A DNA stretch of 62,327 nt, taken from positions 1 through 62,327 of the IMG/VR virus record IMGVR_UViG_3300042542_002992; one strand, written 5' to 3'. Below, in pieces: positions 48,161 to 56,547 of the stretch. Position numbers and translations under genes: made by a program. Source of the DNA: a virus. Lineage: Duplodnaviria > Caudoviricetes. Numbering within the stretch: position 1 is the first letter of the stretch; each line of letters starts with the position of its first letter. The notes below the pieces were generated by a model. That model saw nothing but the letters and a program-made list of their open reading frames with translations. It ran no database searches and was not told the origin of the DNA.

Positions 48161-48559
48161 ATGAACACACTCATTTGTTACTTCGTTGCAGCAGTTACAT
48201 CATTAGCCAGTATGAATGGAGTTGATGAAAAGAAATTAACGTATGGTATCAGACAAATTACTGAAGACATGATACAGGAAAAATATCAATTATGTCCTGA
48301 TGGTAAACCAATCGAAGTAGTTATTTTATCAATCGAAGCACCAACTCAAGGATTAAGAATCGGTCCTTTTGAATTTAAATCAAAAAAAACAATAGTTAAG
48401 AGTAAGGTGACTATTGATGGTAAAGAGTATTTTGGAACTGGAACCGCTAAAACAACTGTAGGTGCTACATTATTACAATTACAAGATGATAATTTACCAT
48501 TTGAAAGAACTGAATTCAGCATTGCAGTGAAAAAATCATTGGAAGATGCTTTAAACTAA
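48161..48559 (+). CDS. small alpha/beta protein, CsgG/FlgO-like half-domain
   Basis: YGIRQITED, G.G.AK, FE.TE.S.AVKK.L parallels FDQSTVG.A..RAL of the CsgG-like ORF. Confidence 0.5.
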   Translation: MNTLICYFVAAVTSLASMNGVDEKKLTYGIRQITEDMIQEKYQLCPDGKPIEVVILSIEAPTQGLRIGPFEFKSKKTIVKSKVTIDGKEYFGTGTAKTTVGATLLQLQDDNLPFERTEFSIAVKKSLEDALN

Positions 48560-48566
48560 TACTTAT
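48560..48566 (+). promoter_or_regulatory. late-type TACTTAT motif
   Basis: Variant of the recurrent motif, 4 nt before ATG. Confidence 0.4.
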
Positions 48567-48570
48567 TATT

Positions 48571-49398
48571 ATGAAGAAAGATATCCAAATCAATGAGTGT
48601 ATTGTCGTTGGTAAACGAGTAGGAGATACACTTGTCATGGCTAAAAACCGAGACAGAGCTTACAATCCAGAATTAGAGATTGTTCACGAGCTAGTTGATG
48701 GTGTTGAAGTAGCATATCTTCGTGATATGGTTACCGATTGGTCAGAGGGTATAAACGAATACGGAATTGGTATTCTTAATACAGCCCTAATGGTTGGGTA
48801 TGATGAAAACGAAAAGAAGATTGTAAAGAAGGGTGGTAAACCCTCAAAAGATGGTGCTAGGATTAGAAAAGCATTAACAAAGACTACAATCGCTGATGCT
48901 GTTACAAGTGTGGTAAAAGTAGATGGTGGTGTAAAAGGACATACCTTGGTATCGAATCCACAAACTGCTGTTTCGATTGAGATGACATCAAAACACAATC
49001 CAAAAATAGAAATCAGAGATATTAACAATTCCAATTTTGTCAGAACAAATCATGGATATGATTATCCTGATGCTGGTTATACGAAGGGACCTGACTACCT
49101 TTCTTCAAAGATGAGAAAGATGTCTGCTGAAAAAGTCATAGAGCCGGTTAAGGATGACCCGATTGGTATATTAAAGAATTTAAGAAAACAGTTATATAAG
49201 CAAGACAGTCCATTGAATATGAGACGTGATACTCCTAAAATGAGTACATCATCACAACTCATGTTGAATTTGACTGATAGAGTTTTGACATTACATTATT
49301 TTAAATCAAAAGTGGAAAAGTTCAATGGGGTGGTAAATAGACTGCCCGAAAACTATGTTCCGAAAATTAAAATTGAGGTTGAAGAGATTGACCTCTAA
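48571..49398 (+). CDS. Ntn-hydrolase (C45/choloylglycine hydrolase-like) with 9 aa propeptide
   Basis: INE|CIVVG...AKNRDR, EGINE.GI, RTNH. Confidence 0.75.
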   Translation: MKKDIQINECIVVGKRVGDTLVMAKNRDRAYNPELEIVHELVDGVEVAYLRDMVTDWSEGINEYGIGILNTALMVGYDENEKKIVKKGGKPSKDGARIRKALTKTTIADAVTSVVKVDGGVKGHTLVSNPQTAVSIEMTSKHNPKIEIRDINNSNFVRTNHGYDYPDAGYTKGPDYLSSKMRKMSAEKVIEPVKDDPIGILKNLRKQLYKQDSPLNMRRDTPKMSTSSQLMLNLTDRVLTLHYFKSKVEKFNGVVNRLPENYVPKIKIEVEEIDL

Positions 49399-49413
49399 TT
49401 AGGAGATTCGAAA

Positions 49414-49554
49414 ATGGCAAAACCAAAAGCTTCGACAATTAACGTTATCGAAAAAAAAGAAATTAGTAGACCTGGTATTCACGCTAAAACCAAAACGTCT
49501 AAAAACAAAAATTCAAAGAATTACAAAAAACCATATCGTGGTCAGGGTAGATAA
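49414..49554 (+). CDS. 46 aa basic protein (not in ORF track)
   Basis: AGGAG at 49401; MAKPK...KNYKKPYRGQGR*. Confidence 0.75.
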   Translation: MAKPKASTINVIEKKEISRPGIHAKTKTSKNKNSKNYKKPYRGQGR

Positions 49555-49555
49555 G

Positions 49556-49678
49556 ATGGCAACTTCTCAAAAGAAAAGAATATCCGGTGTTAAAGGTAAG
49601 AGTAGAAAGTCCCAACTAAAATTCCAGAAACGAATGGAAGAGAATAATCGTATATTGAAATCACTTCAAGAAAAATAA
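49556..49678 (+). CDS. 40 aa basic protein (not in ORF track)
   Basis: MATSQKKRISGVKGKSRKSQLKFQKRMEENNRILKSLQEK*, starts 1 nt after the previous stop. Confidence 0.65.
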   Translation: MATSQKKRISGVKGKSRKSQLKFQKRMEENNRILKSLQEK

Positions 49679-49683
49679 TTTTA

Positions 49684-49690
49684 TATTTAT
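49684..49690 (+). promoter_or_regulatory. late-type TATTTAT motif
   Basis: 5 nt before ATG at 49696. Confidence 0.45.
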
Positions 49691-49695
49691 ATCAT

Positions 49696-51024
49696 ATGGC
49701 ACTAAAAGTTACTAAACGGCAAATACAAAGACAGGCGATTGATGCTATCAACAATCCGCCTAAAGCTACTGATAAGGTCCGTGTTAGTAAAGATAACCAA
49801 GTTGAAAAACAAAAAATGGTTCATGACTTGATTCCATTTTTAATGATGTTATATAAAAAACACATGGATGCCGAAATCACCGAATCTCAATTAAATGAAG
49901 GTCCAAAGGCCGGAATCTACAAGGGGTTTGTGAAAATATCAAATCAAAAAGTTCCTGTAGAAGTAGAATTGTATGGTGTTGATAATAAGAAGCGTATGTA
50001 TCTCACTCGTATATTACACGCACCAAAACAACATGGTTCTATTTTAAGAGTTGGTAATATTCTACCAATCCCAGCAAGATTGTTTACAGGACCAGGTGGT
50101 GGTTGGGTTAGAGTAAATACCAAAGGTCAATTTGAAAATACAAATGAAGACCTGCGTAATTGGTTTGGTAAAGGTAAAACTGGCTCAAACGATGGTGGTG
50201 GTTGGGATAGATATGGAACTGATGGTCAGAAATTGGGTAAGTGTGGTGATGGTGATGATGGCGATGCATATGCGGCTTGTTTATCCAAAGAAAAGGCTGC
50301 TAAACTTGGACCTGAAGGTAGAGCCGCTTTTGTAAGAAGAAAACGAGCTGACCAAAAGAAGGCAGGTGATGCCAAAAAGGGTGGTGAACAAAAGAAGGGT
50401 CAAAAACCTACGTTCTCAAAAACAGGTGCTAGTGAAAGTATCAAAGAAACCATTAAAAAAATTGATGGTAAATATGTAGTATATCCAAAATCGGGTGGTG
50501 ATAGATTGGGAACTCATGATACATATGAGGATGCTCTAAATCAATTACAGGCAATTGAAGCTAGTAAAGCTCGTAACGAGGATTGGAGTCAGAAATATAA
50601 ACGCTCTATAGATTGTAACAATCCAAAAGGATTCTCTCAAAAAGCACATTGTCAAGGTAGAAAGAAAAACGAATCTACAATCAATGAAATCCCAATGGAT
50701 GATTTGAAAGATGTGGATAGGGTTGCTGATAAGTTTTTAAATCCGGTTGATGTTGTAATCACCGACAAACATTTCTTTGATAGATTGAATGACCCTCGGA
50801 ATGGTAAAGAGATTTCACAAGCCGAATTGATTGGGTTTTTTAAAAGATTATCAAAGTACAAGAAACAATTCATGGAATTCCTTGAGAAGTACGAACAAAT
50901 GGTAGCTTTTGATAATAGAACAAACATCAATATTCCATTCATGAAGCAAGCTAACAAAGCTATTGCTAAAACCATCATGAGAAAAAAAGATTTTAAATCA
51001 TCGACTCCAAAGTTGGAAATATAA
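49696..51024 (+). CDS. modular head-packaged polyprotein-like protein
   Basis: Distinct short modules separated by LNE, TNE, IKE, RNE, INE sites. Confidence 0.6.
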   Translation: MALKVTKRQIQRQAIDAINNPPKATDKVRVSKDNQVEKQKMVHDLIPFLMMLYKKHMDAEITESQLNEGPKAGIYKGFVKISNQKVPVEVELYGVDNKKRMYLTRILHAPKQHGSILRVGNILPIPARLFTGPGGGWVRVNTKGQFENTNEDLRNWFGKGKTGSNDGGGWDRYGTDGQKLGKCGDGDDGDAYAACLSKEKAAKLGPEGRAAFVRRKRADQKKAGDAKKGGEQKKGQKPTFSKTGASESIKETIKKIDGKYVVYPKSGGDRLGTHDTYEDALNQLQAIEASKARNEDWSQKYKRSIDCNNPKGFSQKAHCQGRKKNESTINEIPMDDLKDVDRVADKFLNPVDVVITDKHFFDRLNDPRNGKEISQAELIGFFKRLSKYKKQFMEFLEKYEQMVAFDNRTNINIPFMKQANKAIAKTIMRKKDFKSSTPKLEI

Positions 51025-51043
51025 ACTAAATTTCGTATATTTG
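51012..51043 (+). promoter_or_regulatory. Bacteroidota-type promoter
   Basis: GTTG(51012)-N20-TATATTTG(51036). Confidence 0.6.
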
Positions 51044-51045
51044 TA

Positions 51046-51804
51046 ATGAATCTAAAAAAGCTCATATTAGAAGGAATGTACGATAAACTCACAGGTGAGA
51101 TTAACAAGGCTGTCTTTATTACTATGAAGAACGCCATGAAGGGGTCGGGTACTCAAGAATCACCCAAGAAGTATAAGGGTTATGAAGTTCGTAAAGACCC
51201 AATGCCACTTACCGATATGCAAACGTTATTCAATAATGAAGATAGAACTTTGTATGTAGGTGAGTTTTCAGATTCAGTATCGGGCGTTGATGTTGAAGTA
51301 CATTTAAAGTTTGCTGTTACTGAAGATGGTGTTGAAGTTGGTAAATTTTTTATAGATGGTCACGCTGAAGCTGACTCTGATTATCCATCAATCGAAGTAA
51401 ACGTTGCTGTACATCCAAATGATGGTGAGAAAGTATTTTCTAAAATACAACCGGTACTTCGTGATTTAGTACGCCATGAAATAGAACACCTAACACATGG
51501 TAGAGATTCAGCTGCTGCTAAATTCTCAAAAATATTAAGAGGCGATGAGGCTATGAGAGCCAAGATTCGTCAGAACCCCGAATTGTTCTACAAATATTTC
51601 TTGCTACCAAAAGAAGTAGATGCTAATATCCATGGTCTATATTCAAAGGCAAAGACAATGAAAAAGCCATATCAAAATGTGGTTGATGATTATTTGGATT
51701 CATTGGTGGATGATGGTGTAATAACTCCACAAACTCGTAAGAAGATATACAACACATGGAAAGCCCGAATACCAAAAATTGGTGGTATTCCCAATCTCAA
51801 ATAA
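51046..51804 (+). CDS. HExxH zinc metallopeptidase-like protein
   Basis: HEIEH followed by Y...P.E.DA; N-terminal LKKLILE propeptide-like segment. Confidence 0.7.
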   Translation: MNLKKLILEGMYDKLTGEINKAVFITMKNAMKGSGTQESPKKYKGYEVRKDPMPLTDMQTLFNNEDRTLYVGEFSDSVSGVDVEVHLKFAVTEDGVEVGKFFIDGHAEADSDYPSIEVNVAVHPNDGEKVFSKIQPVLRDLVRHEIEHLTHGRDSAAAKFSKILRGDEAMRAKIRQNPELFYKYFLLPKEVDANIHGLYSKAKTMKKPYQNVVDDYLDSLVDDGVITPQTRKKIYNTWKARIPKIGGIPNLK

Positions 51805-51826
51805 TGTTAATAACTTGTTGATAAAT

Positions 51827-51882
51827 TTAACAATTATTTAACATAAAAGGCTTGTTTATTCCAAAACGTATGCGTACCTTTA
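51827..51882 (+). promoter_or_regulatory. promoter with upstream TTAACA direct repeats
   Basis: TTAACA at 51827 and 51838; CTTG(51851)-N20-TACCTTTA(51875). Confidence 0.55.
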
Positions 51883-51889
51883 CTCTGTA

Positions 51890-52015
51890 ATGAGAGAGAT
51901 AAAGATAGTTTTGATTTTGATTCTGATTTTCACTGGTAATGAGTGTAGGATGCGAGCTAACTCCATCGAATTGGAAAATCTCCCTAAAGTAGAAATGTTA
52001 AATAAACCTTTATAA
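51890..52015 (+). CDS. 41 aa ORF with hydrophobic N-terminus (not in ORF track)
   Basis: MREIKIVLILILIFTGNEC... directly after a promoter; ends 2 nt before the next ATG. Confidence 0.45.
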   Translation: MREIKIVLILILIFTGNECRMRANSIELENLPKVEMLNKPL

Positions 52016-52017
52016 TA

Positions 52018-52260
52018 ATGAAAAATATTCGTCCTTACAAAATCGAGTTGGCTGGTCGCCAGATTAATGGTCAAGAAGTTTACAATGTTATTCTTCGTAA
52101 TAAATTGTTAAAAACATTCCTTGGGTATGAAAATGCTGAAAAGTTTGTAAATTCACATCGAATTGAGAAGTTGGAAGAGAAGTTACTCAATCCTAAAAAG
52201 GTAGCAAAGGACTTGGCTGACCTACACTTGTCGTTTTCAAATTCAGAAATATACATCTAA
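52018..52260 (+). CDS. hypothetical protein
   Basis: 80 aa ORF. Confidence 0.65.
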   Translation: MKNIRPYKIELAGRQINGQEVYNVILRNKLLKTFLGYENAEKFVNSHRIEKLEEKLLNPKKVAKDLADLHLSFSNSEIYI

Positions 52261-52286
52261 ATCGTGTTTTAGATATGAAATAGTAA

Positions 52287-52293
52287 TATTTAT
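52287..52293 (+). promoter_or_regulatory. late-type TATTTAT motif
   Basis: 4 nt before ATG at 52298. Confidence 0.45.
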
Positions 52294-52297
52294 TTAC

Positions 52298-52867
52298 ATG
52301 GGTAAAACATTAAGAGTTTTCGATTTCGATGACACGCTAGCAAAAAGTGTGTCATATATTTATATAAGACATGCGGATGGTAGTCAAAGTACCCTTGACC
52401 CCGCAGAATACGCAGTTTATGAACCAAAACCTGGTGATAGTTTTGACTTTCGTGATTTTAATAGAATGTTAAACAATCCAAAGGTTATAAAAAAGAATGT
52501 GGATTTGTTACGAAGAATGATTTCAAGTCCCGAAAAAAAGGTTACAATTCTTACCGCCCGTAAATTAGGATTCCCCGTAAAGTATTGGTTTAAGAAAAAC
52601 TTGGGAATTGATGTATATGTTGTAGCATTGGGTGACGCAAACCCACAAGCCAAAGCTGATTGGATTGAACAACATATTAAAAAGGGTTATACCGACATTG
52701 CATTCATGGATGACTCCATAAAAAATGTAAAAGCCGTTGGTTCATTACAAAAAAAATATCCTGATATTCGAGTTAAATCAGTTCTGGCTGTAGAACATTT
52801 AACAACTAATGAAAGAAAAGAATTGCTTGAGCAATACTATTCTGATAAATTCAAAGAACTTTTGTAA
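52298..52867 (+). CDS. HAD-superfamily phosphatase
   Basis: FDFDDTL, LTAR, K, FMDDS.KN. Confidence 0.85.
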   Translation: MGKTLRVFDFDDTLAKSVSYIYIRHADGSQSTLDPAEYAVYEPKPGDSFDFRDFNRMLNNPKVIKKNVDLLRRMISSPEKKVTILTARKLGFPVKYWFKKNLGIDVYVVALGDANPQAKADWIEQHIKKGYTDIAFMDDSIKNVKAVGSLQKKYPDIRVKSVLAVEHLTTNERKELLEQYYSDKFKELL

Positions 52868-52885
52868 ACCAAGTATAGGAAACCT

Positions 52886-53269
52886 ATGGCTACTACGAAA
52901 ACGCAGGCTCAAATATTAGAGAGTATCTTAAAAGAAATCTCCGAAATGAAAACAAAACTCCCAAATGGTGAGTTAAAACGCATGGAAGAATCCATCAAGG
53001 AGATGAGAGAAAATTATGTAGATATCAAGGAAGATATCTCTGACATTAAATTCACATTACTAAACCCCGAAAATGGTGTTATAGTTCGTGTAAATAAAAA
53101 TACGGAATTTCGAATGGAAAAAGAACGTAAAGAAGAATACTACGAAAGCCGTATAAAAGAATTAGAAAAGATATTGGATTGGAAAGATGGTGTTAATAAG
53201 GCACTTTGGATTCTATTTACATCAGTAATAGGATTAATTTTCTTATCAGTTCAAACCATTTTGTTTTAA
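52886..53269 (+). CDS. coiled-coil protein with C-terminal TM
   Basis: Heptad-rich body, hydrophobic C-terminus. Confidence 0.7.
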   Translation: MATTKTQAQILESILKEISEMKTKLPNGELKRMEESIKEMRENYVDIKEDISDIKFTLLNPENGVIVRVNKNTEFRMEKERKEEYYESRIKELEKILDWKDGVNKALWILFTSVIGLIFLSVQTILF

Positions 53270-53289
53270 TAAGTTTAATTTTCATACTT

Positions 53290-53508
53290 ATGGGTATAGA
53301 TTTCAAACATAAAGCAATGGATGAGGTGTACTATATTTTATTACACAACCCAAGCAATGTGGATGATATCGTTAAGAAAAACCTAATTAGTAACTTGACT
53401 GAATATTACACATCAGAAGAGGAGTATGAAAAATGTGTTCATCTTCAAGAATTGCTAAAGGTTATGGAGAAGAACAATGAAAATAATAATCAAACGAGTT
53501 GGTGGTGA
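53290..53508 (+). CDS. small protein with UVR-like motif
   Basis: EEEYEKCVHLQELL; start uncertain (53290 or 53317). Confidence 0.55.
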   Translation: MGIDFKHKAMDEVYYILLHNPSNVDDIVKKNLISNLTEYYTSEEEYEKCVHLQELLKVMEKNNENNNQTSWW

Positions 53509-53665
53509 AGTTGAATCCATTAATAAACCATTTATCATCTATGTTATGAATGATGATGGTAGACCTGTTGTAGCTGAAATTGCAAATGAAGTTGAACTTC
53601 CAATCTACATCAGTAAATTTAAATCGGAATACAATACAACTGAAACCATAATATATGACATTTAA
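53477..53665 (+). CDS. hypothetical protein
   Basis: 62 aa, coupled to neighbours. Confidence 0.6.
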   Translation: MKIIIKRVGGEVESINKPFIIYVMNDDGRPVVAEIANEVELPIYISKFKSEYNTTETIIYDI

Positions 53666-53907
53666 TGAAATCTAAACTATATTTATTAAATGATGACGTA
53701 CACTCATTCCAAGATGTCATATTCACATTGAAACGTTATTTGGGTTATACCTTGATACACGGATGTTCAATTGCTGATATTACTCATAGAGTGGGTAGAT
53801 GTGAAATAAAAAGTGGTGATATTTCGGAGATTGAAGACCTCTATGAAATTCTCACCAAAGATGGATTTAAATTAGAGATAAAAGAAAATGGAAACGAATC
53901 AATCTAA
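53665..53907 (+). CDS. clpS: ClpS-like N-degron adaptor
   Basis: LYLLNDDVHSF..VI..L, A...H..G.C.IK.G. Confidence 0.8.
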   Translation: MKSKLYLLNDDVHSFQDVIFTLKRYLGYTLIHGCSIADITHRVGRCEIKSGDISEIEDLYEILTKDGFKLEIKENGNESI

Positions 53908-54067
53908 AGGACTTGGTGATACCATAGCAAAAATAACATCAGCTACAAAGTTAGACGCTTTGGCTGAAAGTATTGCAAAAGCAGTTGGAGCTCAAGATTG
54001 TGGTTGTGCTGCTAGACAACAAACCCTCAATAAAATATTTCCATATAAAACCAAGGAAACGAAATGA
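53888..54067 (+). CDS. 59 aa conserved-looking phage protein (not in ORF track)
   Basis: SKGLGDTIAK...DCGC..RQ..LN..FPY; ATGA-coupled to next gene. Confidence 0.75.
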   Translation: METNQSKGLGDTIAKITSATKLDALAESIAKAVGAQDCGCAARQQTLNKIFPYKTKETK

Positions 54068-54984
54068 AATTCCCAAACTTACGAAAATTTATATTTGAGG
54101 TAATCAAAGAAGAACAACTTGATGAAAAATTAATCACATATGGTAATAGAAAACCATATGGTCAAGTTGTGTTCCTTGCTGGTGGTGCTGGTAGTGGTAA
54201 GGGTTGGGCTATCGATAATTTTATTGATTCCGCTGGATTTAAGGTTCGTGATGTTGATGCTATGAAGAGTAGTATTCAGAAATTAAATCGTCTTAAAAAA
54301 GTATCATTAAATGATATCCTAAAAAAATATGGAAAAAACATTTCTCCATCCGATATGGAGAAAATACAATTAGTAAAAGATAAAGGTGTTCCGTTCTACA
54401 AATGGGATATGAGAAAGCCGGAGAATGTGTACGCACTACATACGATTGTAGATGCAATGGGCTTGAAGGATAAGACATTAACTGCTCTATTGGCTGGTAA
54501 AGATAATCCCGAAGTATTACCGAACATCTTATTTGATATTACAGCAAAAAAGGTTAGTTCAATCACCGAGTATATGGTTGAGTTGGAATCTGCTGGTTAT
54601 AAGCCGGAGAACATTCACTTGACATGGGTATTGACAAACTACAATATTGCTCTTAAAAATAACAAAGGTCGTTCACGAGTTGTGCCTGAAGATATTCTTT
54701 TGGGAACTCATGAAGGTGCTGCCAACACAGTATGGGGACTTGTTACCAAAGCAATGCCAAAAGGTATGAATGGTAGAGTTGACGTGATTCTGAACAACCC
54801 ACAACATACTGTATATTATTATGATTCTCAAGGTAACCAATTAAGTGGTGCTACCAAAGGGTTCTTATCTCTACCATTGAAAAAAGCAGGTGGTTCTATT
54901 CTGCCAGAAAAACTTTGGAAAGATACCCTTTTCAATTGGATTAAAGACAACGCTCCTGATACAATCACAGCAAACATGAAATAA
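54064..54984 (+). CDS. P-loop kinase (zeta toxin/AAA_33-like) with propeptide-like N-terminus
   Basis: FLAGGAGSGKG, DVD, FD.T, N..R.RVVP; QLDE site before the domain. Confidence 0.75.
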   Translation: MKFPNLRKFIFEVIKEEQLDEKLITYGNRKPYGQVVFLAGGAGSGKGWAIDNFIDSAGFKVRDVDAMKSSIQKLNRLKKVSLNDILKKYGKNISPSDMEKIQLVKDKGVPFYKWDMRKPENVYALHTIVDAMGLKDKTLTALLAGKDNPEVLPNILFDITAKKVSSITEYMVELESAGYKPENIHLTWVLTNYNIALKNNKGRSRVVPEDILLGTHEGAANTVWGLVTKAMPKGMNGRVDVILNNPQHTVYYYDSQGNQLSGATKGFLSLPLKKAGGSILPEKLWKDTLFNWIKDNAPDTITANMK

Positions 54985-55001
54985 ACAAACCAAAATTAGT
55001 T

Positions 55002-55586
55002 ATGCAAATATCAGCTTATATTATCGATGATTTTTATTCAGATGTAGATGTAGTTAGAGAGTTCGCTCTCCAACAAGACTTTTCCGTTCGTGGAAATTAT
55101 CCAGGACCAAGAACTCAAACATTCCTAAACGATTCTATGAAAACTACAATAGAGTCAATAGTAAAACCCATGTATGGTAGTGTGGCATATTGGTCTGAAG
55201 AACAATATACCGGTGCTTATCAATATACAACCTCACGAGATAGGAGTTGGATTCATGCTGACCAAACTACAAAATGGGCGGCTGTTTGTTATTTAACACC
55301 AAATGCACCTTTGAGTGCTGGAACTGGTTTATTTAAACACAAACCAACCGGATGTACCATGGCTCCAAAAAATGAAGATGGTACTTATAACGAAGAATTA
55401 CTAAAAGAAATTTACAAAGATTCACAAGACATGACAAAGTGGGAATTGGTAGATAGATTAGCCAACGTGTATAATCGATTGGTTATGTATCGTGGTGACC
55501 ACTTTCATATGTCATTGGATTATTTTGGACAAGATTTATACGATGGTAGATTGTTTCAGACATTCTTCTTCGATACCGAGCTTTAA
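55002..55586 (+). CDS. 2OG-Fe(II) oxygenase (DUF6445-like)
   Basis: IIDDFY, YPG.R, WIHAD, YL.P..GT, YNRL..Y...FH, RL.Q.FF. Confidence 0.8.
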   Translation: MQISAYIIDDFYSDVDVVREFALQQDFSVRGNYPGPRTQTFLNDSMKTTIESIVKPMYGSVAYWSEEQYTGAYQYTTSRDRSWIHADQTTKWAAVCYLTPNAPLSAGTGLFKHKPTGCTMAPKNEDGTYNEELLKEIYKDSQDMTKWELVDRLANVYNRLVMYRGDHFHMSLDYFGQDLYDGRLFQTFFFDTEL

Positions 55587-56239
55587 TGAATTATTCACAT
55601 AAATACAAATTTGTCTGGCACTGTCCGCCAAAGGTTGCCAGTAGAAGTACAGCTGACGTATTTAGAACTCATTGTGATTTAAATCCACACATAAAATCAC
55701 CAATCCCACCAAGCAATTGGCCTGTATTTTCTCATGAAAATATGTGGCCCGAGGTGTGTCCTAAAGATTACTTACATATTGTTTCGGTAAGACATCCTTA
55801 CTATAGATGGATTTCTTATTGGAAACATGACCAGTGGGATGGTACTGAATTACCAAAGGGAACTACAGACCCGCTGGATGGTCTCAAGAAGTTTCCAATC
55901 GAAAGGTGTGATGCTTTGTCACAGTGGAGAGTGATTACTCAATTTGAATCACGAATTGATTACATAATCCATGCTGAAAATTGGTTAAGTGATATTAAAA
56001 ACTTACCATTTATTTCGGACGATATGGAAATTAAAAATCCAAATAGGGGTAGGTTGTTAATTCCAAATGGTGTTACTTGGGATGAAGATGAACTCCGCGA
56101 GTTGGTATATCAGAGATTCAGACAAGACTATGATAATTTGGGTTATGGTAAGTGGGATAATTTTGACCATCTTTGGGATTCCAAACCAAACACAACACCC
56201 AATACTTTTTCAAATATTTTTCCAAAAAAATCAAAATAA
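55586..56239 (+). CDS. sulfotransferase family 2 protein
   Basis: PKVASRS (5'-PSB), VRHPY.R.ISYW (3'-PB), D...LGY. Confidence 0.75.
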   Translation: MNYSHKYKFVWHCPPKVASRSTADVFRTHCDLNPHIKSPIPPSNWPVFSHENMWPEVCPKDYLHIVSVRHPYYRWISYWKHDQWDGTELPKGTTDPLDGLKKFPIERCDALSQWRVITQFESRIDYIIHAENWLSDIKNLPFISDDMEIKNPNRGRLLIPNGVTWDEDELRELVYQRFRQDYDNLGYGKWDNFDHLWDSKPNTTPNTFSNIFPKKSK

Positions 56240-56240
56240 A

Positions 56241-56272
56241 TTTGGCATTCTCAAAATAGTTTCGTATCTTTA
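56241..56272 (+). promoter_or_regulatory. Bacteroidota-type promoter
   Basis: TTTG(56241)-N20-TATCTTTA(56265). Confidence 0.65.
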
Positions 56273-56290
56273 CATAGTAAGATTGAGACT

Positions 56291-56473
56291 ATGAGTTGGA
56301 TTCAGAAATACCGAGAAATGGGTTCCCGTGACAAAAAGACCGGAAAACTCAAATACTACATCGTGACTTCATATGAACACAAATCGTTCAGCTGTGAATG
56401 TCCCGCTGGTCAATTCCGTAGATATTCGGAATGTAAACACATCAAACGACTTCGTGAAAAATTGTGTATTTAA
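56291..56473 (+). CDS. SWIM zinc-finger protein
   Basis: Y.V...SCECP...CKHI. Confidence 0.8.
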   Translation: MSWIQKYREMGSRDKKTGKLKYYIVTSYEHKSFSCECPAGQFRRYSECKHIKRLREKLCI

Positions 56474-56526
56474 CATAAACTTAACATTGAAATGCTTGTT
56501 TGTTTGAAAAATAATTTGTATATTTG
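56470..56526 (+). promoter_or_regulatory. promoter with upstream TTAACA direct repeats
   Basis: TTAACA at 56470 and 56481; CTTG(56495)-N20-TATATTTG(56519). Confidence 0.6.
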
Positions 56527-56547
56527 TTAGTAATGATTGAGAGAAAT

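Noticed and set aside
24535-48559. Bacterial chromosome or host contamination (LPS-like and T9SS genes)
   Set aside because: Same strand, tight gene overlaps, the same TATTTAT motifs and interleaved phage lysis genes argue that these belong to the phage. Read-level confirmation is still advisable.
51805-52017. tRNA or structured ncRNA in one of the largest gaps in the ORF track
   Set aside because: No cloverleaf or T-loop seen; a promoter plus a 41 aa ORF explains it. A covariance search was not run.
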